Origin: Candidatus Spyradenecus sp.
GTDB taxonomy: Bacteria; Verrucomicrobiota; Verrucomicrobiia; Opitutales; UBA953
DNA length: 64,000 bases
Direction: 5' to 3'
Assembly: GCA_045535075.1 (NCBI GenBank)
Contig: JAZSKX010000002.1
Span: forward strand, 27,216 to 91,215
Of this stretch, positions 21,391-30,856 are shown one piece after another. A program made the position numbers and the translations under genes. The notes beneath the pieces were generated by a model. That model was not told the DNA's origin, ran no database searches, and saw only the letters and a list, made by a program, of their open reading frames with translations. The stretch's first letter is position 1, and each line of letters begins with the position of its first letter.

Positions 21391-22262
21391 AACCGCTTCC
21401 GCAAGCCGTCGCCGAACTTTACCCGTTTGAACACAATTTTTTCGAAACTCCCTATGGGCGTATGCATTTCGTGGATACGAAGTCAGGAACGCGCGGGAAC
21501 GTCGTCCTGCTTCACGGCAATCCCACGTGGTCTTTCCTTTGGCGCGATTTGATCAAGGCGCTTTCAGCAGAGGGATTTCGCTGTATCGCGCCCGACCACA
21601 TCGGGATGGGGCTTTCGGACAAGCCGCAAAAATATCTCACGCTCGCCGATCGCATCGAGCACGTCGAACACTTACTCGCCCACCTGGGGATCGAAAAATT
21701 TTCACTCTGCGTACACGATTGGGGCGGAGCCATCGGAAGCGGACTCGCCGTGCGCAACCCGCAGCAAATCGACAAACTCGTCATCACCAACACGGCGGCG
21801 TTTCGCTCTAAAAACATTCCCAAACGCATCGCGCTTTGCAAAGCCGCCGGAATCGGTCCGTTTCTTGTCAAATATTTCAACGCCTTCGCGTATCCGGCGA
21901 CGTTCATGTCCGTCACGAAAAAGCTTCCTCCCGCCGTCAAAGCCGGATTTCTCCTGCCCTACGGCTCGCCGCGGGAACGCGTCGCCGTTGCCGACTTCGT
22001 CCGCGACATTCCGCTGATTAAATCCCATCCGAGCTACAAAACGCTTCTCGACATAGAATACGGGCTCGAACTTTTAAGTAAAAAACCGATATTCATTGCC
22101 TGGGGCGGTCGCGATTTTTGTTTCGACGACACGTTTTACGACGAATGGCGACGCCGCTTTCCGCGCGCACAAACACTCTACTGCGAAAACGCCGGGCACT
22201 ACCTGCTTGAAGACGCCGGAGATCGGGTCATTCCCGCAATCTGCGATTTTCTGAAACGCTAA
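21387..22262 (+). CDS. Alpha/beta hydrolase, haloalkane dehalogenase/OleB-like
   Basis: LHGNPTWSF, APDHIGMGLSDKP, VHDWGG, AGHYLLED. Confidence 0.8.
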   Translation: MKPLPQAVAELYPFEHNFFETPYGRMHFVDTKSGTRGNVVLLHGNPTWSFLWRDLIKALSAEGFRCIAPDHIGMGLSDKPQKYLTLADRIEHVEHLLAHLGIEKFSLCVHDWGGAIGSGLAVRNPQQIDKLVITNTAAFRSKNIPKRIALCKAAGIGPFLVKYFNAFAYPATFMSVTKKLPPAVKAGFLLPYGSPRERVAVADFVRDIPLIKSHPSYKTLLDIEYGLELLSKKPIFIAWGGRDFCFDDTFYDEWRRRFPRAQTLYCENAGHYLLEDAGDRVIPAICDFLKR

Positions 22263-22291
22263 ACGCGTTCCCGCCGAAACATTTTTCGCTT

Positions 22292-22657
22292 TTACGCGGG
22301 AAAACCCTGCGCATCTTCCGGGAAAAACCAAACGAAGCAGTCTTCCGGATCGCCGGAAAAGTTTTCTGCCGCCGCGATGCGGAGCGTTCCCGCGTCCGAA
22401 AGCCGGAAGAAATTTTCTTCGGGCGGACAATCGTCGAGATGAAAAATCTCCGGAGGCAGCACGATTTTTATCGGCGTTCCCGCAGGCACATCATCGCTCC
22501 CGTGCCAAGTGCCGCGCATTTCCCCAAGCGGAGTTTCCGCAAAAAATTCACAGGCGCCGGCAGCGATGATTTTTCCGTAAACCGCCTGCTCGACTTCGAG
22601 ACTTTCGACGGGAACTTCGCCGCTCAACCACGCTAAAAATTTTTTGAAAAATCCCAT
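22292..22657 (-). CDS. Hypothetical protein
   Basis: 121-aa ORF tightly following the co-oriented NUDIX gene; no recognisable motif. Confidence 0.55.
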   Translation of the reverse strand: MGFFKKFLAWLSGEVPVESLEVEQAVYGKIIAAGACEFFAETPLGEMRGTWHGSDDVPAGTPIKIVLPPEIFHLDDCPPEENFFRLSDAGTLRIAAAENFSGDPEDCFVWFFPEDAQGFPA

Positions 22658-22663
22658 TGCGCC

Positions 22664-23167
22664 TTAGCCGATAACTTCTTCTTCGACGCGCACGGGAACG
22701 CCGGAGCCGCATTGTGCGCGATAAGCAAGAAACGTTCCCGCAGCAGCATGTTTGTCAAAAACGGGCCAGACAAGCACGCGATCCGTCGGCGGAATTGCAA
22801 GCGTTTCGATTTCTTCCCGCGAAAAAAATGCAAATTGTCCTTCGTCAATTTCCGGCGGGAGCGCCTCAAGCGGCTTGCGTGCATCGAAAAGAAACATCAG
22901 CCAATGCCCGCTTCCCTCGTAGCTGCGTTCGGAAACCATCCCGAAAAGATGCAAATCGTTTTGCGTCAGCTTGATGCCGGTTTCTTCCCGCGCTTCGCGA
23001 ATTGCACATTCAAACGGCGATTCGCCGACAGCCATTTCAAGCTTGCCGCCGACAGGACTCCAACAGCCTTTATTCGGCGCTTTTTTTCGCTGAATCATCA
23101 GAAATTTTCCGTCCTTGTCTTTAATAAAAATCAGCACGGAAATCTTAAACGGCAAAGTCGTATTCAT
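22664..23167 (-). CDS. NUDIX hydrolase
   Basis: Nudix box GGKLEMAVGESPFECAIREAREETG. Confidence 0.9.
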   Translation of the reverse strand: MNTTLPFKISVLIFIKDKDGKFLMIQRKKAPNKGCWSPVGGKLEMAVGESPFECAIREAREETGIKLTQNDLHLFGMVSERSYEGSGHWLMFLFDARKPLEALPPEIDEGQFAFFSREEIETLAIPPTDRVLVWPVFDKHAAAGTFLAYRAQCGSGVPVRVEEEVIG

Positions 23168-23187
23168 TTTTCAAATACAAAGTTTAA

Positions 23188-24483
23188 TCACCAAACGATT
23201 GCCCAAAGCGCTTTCAGATAGCGACCTTCCGGATAATTCGACATCACGGGGTGATCCAAGCCCGGTCCCGTACGATCCAAAATCTGCAGGCGACGCCCAA
23301 GCCGATGCGCCACGCGCACAATCAGCGCTTCAAAGTCTTCAACTTTCAGCAAGCCGGAGCAGGAATTCGTCACAAACAAACCGCCTTCCTTCACGAGCGG
23401 AAGCACGACTTTGTTCATATCGTGATATTTCGCGTAGCCGTCTTCGTAATCTTCGCGTCCGTTGATGAGCTTCGGCGGATCGAGCACGACGACATCAAAA
23501 CGCTCGCCGTTTGCCTGCATTTGGCGTGCATACGTAAACGTATCGGAATGAACAAAATTGATACGCGTCTGATTCAGATTCGCATTGCGTTTTGCCTGCG
23601 CAACGGCGTTTTCGTCCAAATCGACACCGGTTACTTCCGCCGCGTTCCCGAGCACTTTTGCCGCAATCGAAAATCCGCCCGTGTAGCAACACAAATCCAA
23701 GACGCGCTTTCCCGCACAAAGCGCCGCAAGTTTTTTGCGGTTGTCGCGCTGGTCGCAGAAAAATCCCGTCTTGTGTCCGTTTTCAAAATCCACCGCAAAG
23801 CGCAAACCGTTTTCGCGAATTTTGACTTCCCGCAAACCCGGCGTATGCGTTTCTTCGCAGGCACGCGCGTTTTCCATACTCCCGAAGCCTTTGACGAGCT
23901 GAATCGTCTCGCGCGTCGTTCCGAGCGCCTCGTGAAAAATCGGAATCCAATCTTTAATGCGCTGATAAACGGGAAGCGAAAAAATTTCGACACTCAGAGT
24001 GTCGCCGTATTTATCGACCACCAAGCCGTTCAGCCCGTCGGCATCGCCATGCACGACGCGAAACGCGTCCGTCGCCTCCGGCAAGTGCAAAGTTTCCGTA
24101 CGCAAGCGACACGCGCGACGAATCAGCGTTTCAAAATAGTCCGCAGGAAGCGGTTCTTTGGCGTGAGAAAAAATCCGAAGCGGAATATTCGCTCCCGCGT
24201 TGTAAAAACCGTGCCCGAAGGGATTCCCTTCCTTGTCGTAAACAGTAACCTGCGCGCCGGCTTCAATTCCGCCGGAAGTCGCCCCGACAAAGCGCGGGAA
24301 CACATTCGGCGAAAACGTAAAATATTTCAGCTGAACCCAAGGCTTTTGCCACGCATCACTTCCGGGCGGGAGCGGTTTTTCCGCGCCGAAGCGGCGTTCC
24401 CGCGAAAATTCTCCGCGCCGAAAATTCCCGCGCGAAACAAAATCTTTTTTGGAAAAATGCGAATTGGAAGCGTTCCCGTTCAT
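23188..24483 (-). CDS. RlmI-family SAM-dependent rRNA methyltransferase
   Basis: GDADGLNGLVVDKY, GHKTGFFCDQRDNR, VLDLCCYTGGFS, VVLDPPK, GLDHP..PEGRYLK. Confidence 0.88.
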   Translation of the reverse strand: MNGNASNSHFSKKDFVSRGNFRRGEFSRERRFGAEKPLPPGSDAWQKPWVQLKYFTFSPNVFPRFVGATSGGIEAGAQVTVYDKEGNPFGHGFYNAGANIPLRIFSHAKEPLPADYFETLIRRACRLRTETLHLPEATDAFRVVHGDADGLNGLVVDKYGDTLSVEIFSLPVYQRIKDWIPIFHEALGTTRETIQLVKGFGSMENARACEETHTPGLREVKIRENGLRFAVDFENGHKTGFFCDQRDNRKKLAALCAGKRVLDLCCYTGGFSIAAKVLGNAAEVTGVDLDENAVAQAKRNANLNQTRINFVHSDTFTYARQMQANGERFDVVVLDPPKLINGREDYEDGYAKYHDMNKVVLPLVKEGGLFVTNSCSGLLKVEDFEALIVRVAHRLGRRLQILDRTGPGLDHPVMSNYPEGRYLKALWAIVW

Positions 24484-24548
24484 GAGCGTAAACGCTATCC
24501 GTTCCCGCCGAAACTTTCAAAGATTTTCGAGGCTCTGTTCCTGAAAAT

Positions 24549-24582
24549 AAAAAAACACCGGCATCAGAACTCCGGTGTTTTT
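24549..24582 (-). terminator. Terminator after argH
   Basis: AAAAAACACCGG...CCGGTGTTTTTT. Confidence 0.7.
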
Positions 24583-24588
24583 TCGAAA

Positions 24589-26022
24589 CTACGCCAAGCG
24601 TTTGCGCCAGTCGAGAATCTGCTTTTTCACTTGCTTCGGACCGGGCATGCCGACGCGTTCCCGCGACGCCATCGCCGTTTTTAAATCAAAAACCTTCACC
24701 CAATCTTCTCCCAGTTTCGGGTGCACTTTTTTCACTTTTTCAAACGGGAGCGCATTCAGCGGAACGCCTTCCTTTTCGGCAAGCGCAACCAAATGCCCGA
24801 CAACGTGATGCGCCTCGCGGAACGGCACGCCCGCACGCACGAGATAATCCGCCACGTCCGTCGCGAGCAAAAGCGGATCGGCAACCGCCGCCGCGCAACG
24901 CTCCGCGCGCATCGCCGCTCCCGCGAGCGTTTCGCGCAGCACATCGAGCGAAATCATCACCGTATCAAAAGAATCAAATACGGGCGGTTTGTCTTCCTGC
25001 AAATCGCGATTGTAAGTCAGCGGCAAGCCTTTAACCATCGTAACGAGCGCGACCAAATTGCCATGCAAGCGCGCGGATTTCCCGCGAAGCAGTTCGAGCG
25101 AGTCCGGGTTTTTCTTCTGCGGCATCAGCGACGAACCCGTCGTAAACGTGTCGGGAAGCGCAACGAAACCGAACTCCGAGGAATTCCACAAAATCAAATC
25201 TTCCGCGATGCGCGAAAAATGCACGCCGCAAAGCGCACACGCCGACGCAAATTCGATAAACGTGTCGCGGTCGGAAACGGCATCCATGCTGTTGCGCGTT
25301 ACGCGCGCGTTCCCGCGGTCGTCGACAAAATCCATGGCGACGGCGGAAAATTCGCGATCGATCGGAAGCGTCGTTCCCGCGATCGCGCCCGAGCCGAGCG
25401 GCGACCAGTTCGCGTGGTCAAACACGGCGGCGAAACGCTCGCGGTCGCGCGAAAACATTTCGACATAGGCGAGCAAATGATGCGCGACAGAAACCGGCTG
25501 GGCGCGTTGCAGGTGCGTGAACCCGGGAATGTAAACGTCCTGATTACGCGCGGCAACATCGAGAAGCGTGTTCATCAGCGCACCGAGTTTTTCAAAAATT
25601 TTCGCGCTCGCGTCTTTGAAAAACAGACGCATATCGGTCGCGACCTGATCGTTGCGGGAACGCGCCGTGTGCAGTTTCGCGGCGGCGGGAACGCACTTCG
25701 TCAGCGCCTGTTCGATGTTCATGTGCACGTCTTCAAGTGCGATGTTCCACTCGAATTTTCCGGCTTCGATTTCTTTCAAAATCGCGTCGAGCCCGCGCAC
25801 GATGTCGTTGCATTCTTTCTTGGAAATAATCCCGACGTGGGCGAGCATTTTCGCCTGAGCCTTGCTTCCCGCGACGTCAAACGGTGCGAGCCGCGCATCA
25901 AACGAAACGCTTTCGCTGAACTTGAGCATCAGCTCTGCGGGACCTTGCGAAAAGCGTCCGCCCCAAGTTGCCTGCTCTTTGCGAGCCGCCGTTTTTTTCG
26001 TCGTCGAAGTTTTCTTTGCCAT
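24589..26022 (-). CDS. argH: Argininosuccinate lyase
   Basis: [50 protein letters not shown]. Confidence 0.97.
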   Translation of the reverse strand: MAKKTSTTKKTAARKEQATWGGRFSQGPAELMLKFSESVSFDARLAPFDVAGSKAQAKMLAHVGIISKKECNDIVRGLDAILKEIEAGKFEWNIALEDVHMNIEQALTKCVPAAAKLHTARSRNDQVATDMRLFFKDASAKIFEKLGALMNTLLDVAARNQDVYIPGFTHLQRAQPVSVAHHLLAYVEMFSRDRERFAAVFDHANWSPLGSGAIAGTTLPIDREFSAVAMDFVDDRGNARVTRNSMDAVSDRDTFIEFASACALCGVHFSRIAEDLILWNSSEFGFVALPDTFTTGSSLMPQKKNPDSLELLRGKSARLHGNLVALVTMVKGLPLTYNRDLQEDKPPVFDSFDTVMISLDVLRETLAGAAMRAERCAAAVADPLLLATDVADYLVRAGVPFREAHHVVGHLVALAEKEGVPLNALPFEKVKKVHPKLGEDWVKVFDLKTAMASRERVGMPGPKQVKKQILDWRKRLA

Positions 26023-26416
26023 GGCGGGAAAGCTTAAAGATTAAAGCTCAATCCTTAAAGATTAAAGAGAGCAACCGCACCGCTTCCACGCATCGAACAT
26101 CAAGCGAAACCCGACAGTAAAACCTCCGAAAATCAACAGCTTAAAAAGTCGAACAATAATAACCGCAGGTAGCGCGAGTTACCTGCGGAACAAACGCGCA
26201 ACCGCAATGCGCTTGAAAAGCGCAACAACTCCGGGACGTTTTACGAAAGTGAAAGTCTCCCGACCTTCGCCCCAAAAGCGTTTCGATTTTCCCCCAAAAA
26301 AAGCTCTCGCAAAGAACGCTGCGGATTGCAGAAATTTTTTGCTCTGCGAAACCTTGCAAACTCTGCGAGAGAATTTATCCCCGAACGAATAAAGTGCTTC
26401 TCTTTCGGAATTTTAA

Positions 26417-27877
26417 TTACAACCCTGCGGGAACGCGGCAGGAGAAATCGTGCGCGGTCTCGAATGCGTGAGCGGCGGCGAGTACGTTCCCGTCGTCGAG
26501 GGCTTTCCCGATGAGCTGAAGCCCGATCGGCATGCCGGCGGCATCGAAGCCGCAGGGAAGCGAAACGGCGGGAAGCCCGGTCAGATTCGCGGGAACGGTG
26601 CAAATATCGCCGAGATACATTTTGAGCGGGTCGGAGGTTTTTCCGCCCTGCGGGAACGCGGTTTCCGGCGTCGTCGGCGCAAGAATCAGGTCGACATCGG
26701 CAAAGGCTTTTTCAAATTCGTTGCGGATGAGCGAGCGGATTTTTTGCGCGCGCAGGTAATATGCGTCGTAGTAGCCGGCGGAAAGCACGTAGGTGCCGAG
26801 CAAGATGCGGCGTTTGACTTCTTCGCCGAAGCCTTCGCCGCGGCTTTTTGCAAAAATGTCGATCGCGTCGGTCGCGCGCGCACTGCGATGCGTGTAGCGA
26901 ATGCCGTCGAAGCGCGCGAGGTTGGACGAGGCTTCCGCCGTTGCGATAATGTAATAAGCCGGAATCGCGAGATTAATCGACGGGAGTGAAATTTCGCGAA
27001 TTTCGCAACCTTGAGATTCATACCACGCCGCGGCTTTTTTTACGGCTTCGTCGATGGCGGAATCGCCGCCGAAAAATTCTTTCGGTAAACCGATTTTGCG
27101 CGGTTTCGCGGGAACGGAAAGTTGCGGGAACGTCGGCGTGCGCGCGCCCGGAAGCGCAGTGGAATCGTGCGCGCAAGGCGAGGCGAGCACGTCGTAAAGC
27201 GCAGCGGCGTCGGCAACACTACGCGCCATCGGTCCGACTTGTTCGAGCGAGGACGCAAACGCCACCGCGCCGTAGCGGGAAACGGTTCCGTAAGTCGGTT
27301 TGAAGCCGACAATACCGCAAAAACTCGCCGGCTGGCGGATCGACCCACCCGTGTCCGAGCCGAGCGCGAGCGGCGTCATTCCCGCCGCTACCGCCGCCGC
27401 CGAGCCGCCGGACGAACCGCCGGGAACGCAATCGGTGTTCCACGGATTGGCGGTTTTCGCGAAAGCGGAATTTTCCGTCGAGGAGCCCATCGCGAATTCG
27501 TCCATGTTGAGACGACCGAAAATGACGGCGCCGGATTTTTTCAAATTGGAAATGACGGTCGCATCGTAGGGCGAAACAAAGTTTTCGAGCATTTTCGACG
27601 CGCAGGAACATTTTTGCCCGGCAACGGCGATATTGTCTTTGATGGCGACGGGAACGCCGTCGAGCGCGCCGAGTGTCGTTCCCGCAGCGCGGCGTGCGTC
27701 GGCGGCGTCGGCTTGCGCGAGCGCGTCGGCTTCGTCCACGGAAAGAAACGCGCGAATTTTTCCGTCCGTTGCGCGAATGCGGTCGAGTTGCGCCTGCATG
27801 AGTTCCCGCGCGGAGATTTTTTTCTCCGCAAGGAGCGTTGCAAGTTCGGTTGCCGTTTTAAAATTTAAAGAATCCAT
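26417..27877 (-). CDS. gatA: Asp/Glu-tRNA amidotransferase subunit A
   Basis: NMDEFAMGSSTE, PGGSSGGSAAAVA, GSDTGGSIRQPA, SSNLARFDG, EVKRRILLG. Confidence 0.97.
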   Translation of the reverse strand: MDSLNFKTATELATLLAEKKISARELMQAQLDRIRATDGKIRAFLSVDEADALAQADAADARRAAGTTLGALDGVPVAIKDNIAVAGQKCSCASKMLENFVSPYDATVISNLKKSGAVIFGRLNMDEFAMGSSTENSAFAKTANPWNTDCVPGGSSGGSAAAVAAGMTPLALGSDTGGSIRQPASFCGIVGFKPTYGTVSRYGAVAFASSLEQVGPMARSVADAAALYDVLASPCAHDSTALPGARTPTFPQLSVPAKPRKIGLPKEFFGGDSAIDEAVKKAAAWYESQGCEIREISLPSINLAIPAYYIIATAEASSNLARFDGIRYTHRSARATDAIDIFAKSRGEGFGEEVKRRILLGTYVLSAGYYDAYYLRAQKIRSLIRNEFEKAFADVDLILAPTTPETAFPQGGKTSDPLKMYLGDICTVPANLTGLPAVSLPCGFDAAGMPIGLQLIGKALDDGNVLAAAHAFETAHDFSCRVPAGL

Positions 27878-27886
27878 AAAAAAAGA

Positions 27887-27942
27887 TGATAGATGAGAGC
27901 TGAGGGCTTAGAGGTGCGAGCTGAGGGCTTAGAGGTAAATGC
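27887..27942. repeat. Degenerate 7-bp tandem array (left flank of the four-helix-bundle gene)
   Basis: TGATAGA TGAGAGC TGAGGGC TTAGAGG TGCGAGC TGAGGGC TTAGAGG TAAATGC. Confidence 0.75.
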
Positions 27943-27943
27943 G

Positions 27944-28339
27944 TTAAAAGGTTTTGGAATTTTCGTTTTGTTCGGTTTGGCGGCGATGCCGAGAAAGCCC
28001 GCTGAGGGATTTGGCGATGCTGAGAATGAGGTTTTTCGCCTCGCTTAATTCCATTTCGGAAATGTAGTCGAGTTCCCGCGCGATTTTTATTTGGCAAAAA
28101 ACTTCCATCAACGAACCGTAGGCGATTTCGAAAAAGCGGAGTTGGTCTTTGGCGGAAAATCGTCCGTTCCCTTCTGCGATGTTTGAAGGAACGGAAACAA
28201 CTGCGCGCCGAAGTTGAGCGGAAAGCGCAAATTGCTCGTGCTCCGGAAATTTTGTCAAAAGACCGTAAACGAGCTTTACGAGGCGCATGGAATCTTGCCA
28301 CGCATAGAGTTTTTCGAATGAAAAAACCACTTCTTCCAT
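27944..28339 (-). CDS. Four helix bundle protein (23S rRNA IVS protein family)
   Basis: FEKLYAWQ..., FPEHEQFALSAQLRRAVVSVPSNIAEG, F.EIAYGSLMEV. Confidence 0.92.
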   Translation of the reverse strand: MEEVVFSFEKLYAWQDSMRLVKLVYGLLTKFPEHEQFALSAQLRRAVVSVPSNIAEGNGRFSAKDQLRFFEIAYGSLMEVFCQIKIARELDYISEMELSEAKNLILSIAKSLSGLSRHRRQTEQNENSKTF

Positions 28340-28349
28340 TTTACTAAAA

Positions 28350-28387
28350 GCAAATACCTCTCAGCTCTCAGCCATTGCCTCTCAGCG
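28350..28387. repeat. Degenerate 7-bp array inverted relative to 27887-27942
   Basis: GCAAATA CCTCTCA GCTCTCA GCCATTG CCTCTCA. Confidence 0.7.
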
Positions 28388-28405
28388 CGAAAACTTTGTT
28401 TTCGC

Positions 28406-28702
28406 TTATTCGCCGTCGTCGACGACGCGGGGGACGACGATTTGGTCTTCGCGTGCGGCAGGAGCGTTTTTCAGAAGAGCTTCGACGGGAAGTGTTTCCG
28501 CGGGAACGTCGTCGCGCAAAACATTGTAAACCGGGAACGCGTGCGCGCAGGGCTCAAGCGCGGAGACATCGACAGCGTTGAGTTTTTCGAAAAATCCGAG
28601 AATGGTTTGAAAGTCTCCGGCGAATTTTTGTTTTTCGGTATCGGAAAGTTCGATACGTGCGAGCGCGGAAACGTGTGCGAGATCGATTTGCGAATCGTTC
28701 AT
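28406..28702 (-). CDS. gatC: Asp/Glu-tRNA amidotransferase subunit C
   Basis: HVSALARIEL, NVLRDD, LLKNAP, VVPRVV; upstream of gatA. Confidence 0.93.
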   Translation of the reverse strand: MNDSQIDLAHVSALARIELSDTEKQKFAGDFQTILGFFEKLNAVDVSALEPCAHAFPVYNVLRDDVPAETLPVEALLKNAPAAREDQIVVPRVVDDGE

Positions 28703-28710
28703 AAAGCGTG

Positions 28711-29775
28711 TTATTTAATTTTAAATACGAGTTTCACGTAAAATGTGGAATCGAAGTGGCGATTGCCGACGGCGACGATGCTGTTGTAAGCATTGGTCAT
28801 TCCGATGCGAATGCCGACTTTATCTTCATAATAAGCGGTTTCGAAGTAGGATTCGTGGGAGATAACGTAATCGCCGCTCGGATCGTCAAATGAAGGACCG
28901 TAATTGACTTTATTTACGATCTTTCCGAAATCCGCCGAGTAGTAATGGTTGATTTCAAAGTCGCCCGTCGGCGTGCTGACATCTTCGATTCCGGCGTCTT
29001 CTTCGTAGCTTTCGTAGCGAAAACCCGCCCCGCAACGTACGTTCAATTTCCAATTCTCGCGGTCGATAACGCCATAGCCGAGCCCGAGCGCGGAAGTCGT
29101 GAAAAAGTTCTGCTTGGCAATTTTGTCGTAGCCGTTGTCGGTACGCCCGTACCATTGAAGCGGCGCATAAAATTTGTCTTCGTAGTCGGCGATAAGGTGA
29201 AGATTGTCCTGCGATTTGTCTCCGTTGGTTTCGCTGTAATTAAAATTTGCACACAAATGAAGCTTATCGAACTCGCCGATATTGTAGGCATTCATCCCGA
29301 AAAGCGCCTGAGCGAAATCCGTCGTCCCGGACGTTCCCGTAAAGCCGGCTTCAATCGTAAACGTCCAGTGGCGGTCTTTTTTTTGAAGCGCACGCTCGGC
29401 GGGGCTTAAATCGCCATGGCGCCACAGGTCGGCGACTTCGTCCGTTCCCGCCGCCGCAATCCCGTGAAGCGAGCTGATGCTGATCGTGTTTCCGAAGCCG
29501 GGAACGACGGTTCCGTGAAACGTCGCTCCGGAATTCGTCGTCATGAAAATCGCTTCGTCCGTCGAAAAATTTTCGACCTTTGCCATGTCGATTTTAAACT
29601 CGCTCTGCGCAAAATCAGGAACGACGATAAGCGTGCCGCCGGAAATGCTTTTGATCTTCCCGCGAATGAGCGAACCGTCGTCCAGCCGCACTTCGTCGGC
29701 ATGGGCCGCGAAGGCTCCGGCACAAAACGCAAGCGCAACAAAAAGCTTCGAAGTTTTCGAGAAAAAGACGGACAT
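28711..29775 (-). CDS. DUF481-like outer membrane beta-barrel protein
   Basis: Signal peptide; N-terminal DEVRLDDGSLIRGKI domain followed by alternating aromatic beta strands. Confidence 0.65.
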   Translation of the reverse strand: MSVFFSKTSKLFVALAFCAGAFAAHADEVRLDDGSLIRGKIKSISGGTLIVVPDFAQSEFKIDMAKVENFSTDEAIFMTTNSGATFHGTVVPGFGNTISISSLHGIAAAGTDEVADLWRHGDLSPAERALQKKDRHWTFTIEAGFTGTSGTTDFAQALFGMNAYNIGEFDKLHLCANFNYSETNGDKSQDNLHLIADYEDKFYAPLQWYGRTDNGYDKIAKQNFFTTSALGLGYGVIDRENWKLNVRCGAGFRYESYEEDAGIEDVSTPTGDFEINHYYSADFGKIVNKVNYGPSFDDPSGDYVISHESYFETAYYEDKVGIRIGMTNAYNSIVAVGNRHFDSTFYVKLVFKIK

Positions 29776-29857
29776 AAATTTCCCCTCAGTCTAATCGCAG
29801 TCGCTCAACACCTTCAAATATTAAAAACAACAAAACCGCGAACAAGCCGACAAAAAA

Positions 29858-29887
29858 ACGTTCCCGCAGACTGCTCCGCGGGAACGT
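29858..29887 (-). terminator. Terminator formed by an inverted CGGGAACG pair, downstream of PEP-CTERM gene 2
   Basis: ACGTTCCCGC-N10-GCGGGAACGT preceded by an A-run. Confidence 0.75.
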
Positions 29888-29924
29888 CGGACTAATTATG
29901 AATTAATATATCACTAAAGAAAGA

Positions 29925-30659
29925 TTAGCGACGGCGGCGACGCGAACCGACAAGCGCCAAAGCGCCCAAGCCCGCGAGCAAACCGAACGCAGACGGCTCG
30001 GGAATCGGAGCGGTCGTAGCAGCGAGGCTCGACAGATCCTTCATGTTGGTTTCATTTCCGCCCATATATTCGTTGAAATAATAGGACGTTGCGACAGAAT
30101 CGTTGAAAGTAAGTGCGGAAATACCGGCCTGGTTTGTCTTCAAGCCTCCGGCAGCAACATACGAATTCACAATTGCATTTTTGCTAGCATCCAAAAGCGT
30201 AAATGCAACGGCTGTGCCGGAAGTCGAACCAAACGAATAAACCAATCCGGCGTAAGCGACATTGTCCCAACCGGTTCCTTCCGTGTCCCCGTTAAGATCT
30301 GCGAGATCGGAACTGCCTGTCCAACAGGTGCTACTCCAATTGATATTGTCTCCCCAGCGAGCATACAATCCGGAAGTATTAACTTTTCCACCGGAAGATC
30401 CCCCGTTAACCGTAACGCCGGTAGCAGTCCCTCCGGCATCGTAGCGAACAATATCTGTTCCCCAGCTAGCGGTTACCCCTTTTTCCAGAAGCGCGCGGAG
30501 CTCCGCGACATCAAGCGTCAAAGCGACGGTAAAGCTTCCTCCGAGCGTATTGTAGCTGGTATCTCCCCCGACAGCCTTATCCGCACCGTCCAGCGAGACT
30601 GCATTTGCGAAAGCGGCGCCTGCGGCGAAAAGAGCCGCGAGTGTAATATATTTTTTCAT
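29925..30659 (-). CDS. PEP-CTERM surface protein
   Basis: Signal peptide MKKYITLAALF; C-terminal IPEPSAFGLLAGLGALALVGSRRRRR. Confidence 0.93.
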   Translation of the reverse strand: MKKYITLAALFAAGAAFANAVSLDGADKAVGGDTSYNTLGGSFTVALTLDVAELRALLEKGVTASWGTDIVRYDAGGTATGVTVNGGSSGGKVNTSGLYARWGDNINWSSTCWTGSSDLADLNGDTEGTGWDNVAYAGLVYSFGSTSGTAVAFTLLDASKNAIVNSYVAAGGLKTNQAGISALTFNDSVATSYYFNEYMGGNETNMKDLSSLAATTAPIPEPSAFGLLAGLGALALVGSRRRRR

Positions 30660-30692
30660 AAGTTTCGTGATTGAGATTAAAATGAGGGGTTC

Positions 30693-30720
30693 ATTTTACC
30701 CCCCCCTAAAATGGCGTCAA
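30693..30720 (-). promoter_or_regulatory. Putative sigma70 promoter with a G8 tract in the spacer
   Basis: Minus strand TTGACG-ccattttaGGGGGGGG-TAAAAT (16-bp spacer); homologous to 7044-7071. Confidence 0.6.
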
Positions 30721-30789
30721 GTGCATTTGAAGCGATTTTAGGGGTAATTTTGAAGCAGCACGACGCACTGTAATTTCCGGATACGAAAA

Positions 30790-30817
30790 CCGTTCCCGCG
30801 GAAAACCACGGGAACGG
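30790..30817 (-). terminator. Inverted CGGGAACG-pair hairpin (probable original acnA terminator, now after hsdR)
   Basis: CCGTTCCCGCGG-AAAA-CCACGGGAACGG. Confidence 0.65.
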
Positions 30818-30856
30818 GCAAATAAAGTAGCGCCTCCGCGAACTCTGCGAAAGACA

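Noticed and set aside
16832..26037. Long antisense ORFs (e.g. 16832-18250, 18933-20054, 23251-24684, 24721-26037)
   Set aside because: They are shadows of well-supported genes on the opposite strand and have no motifs of their own.
27944..28339. Diversity-generating retroelement (Avd-like gene, with an FGE-like gene at 62026 as target)
   Set aside because: No reverse transcriptase and no template/variable repeat pair differing at adenines seen in the window.
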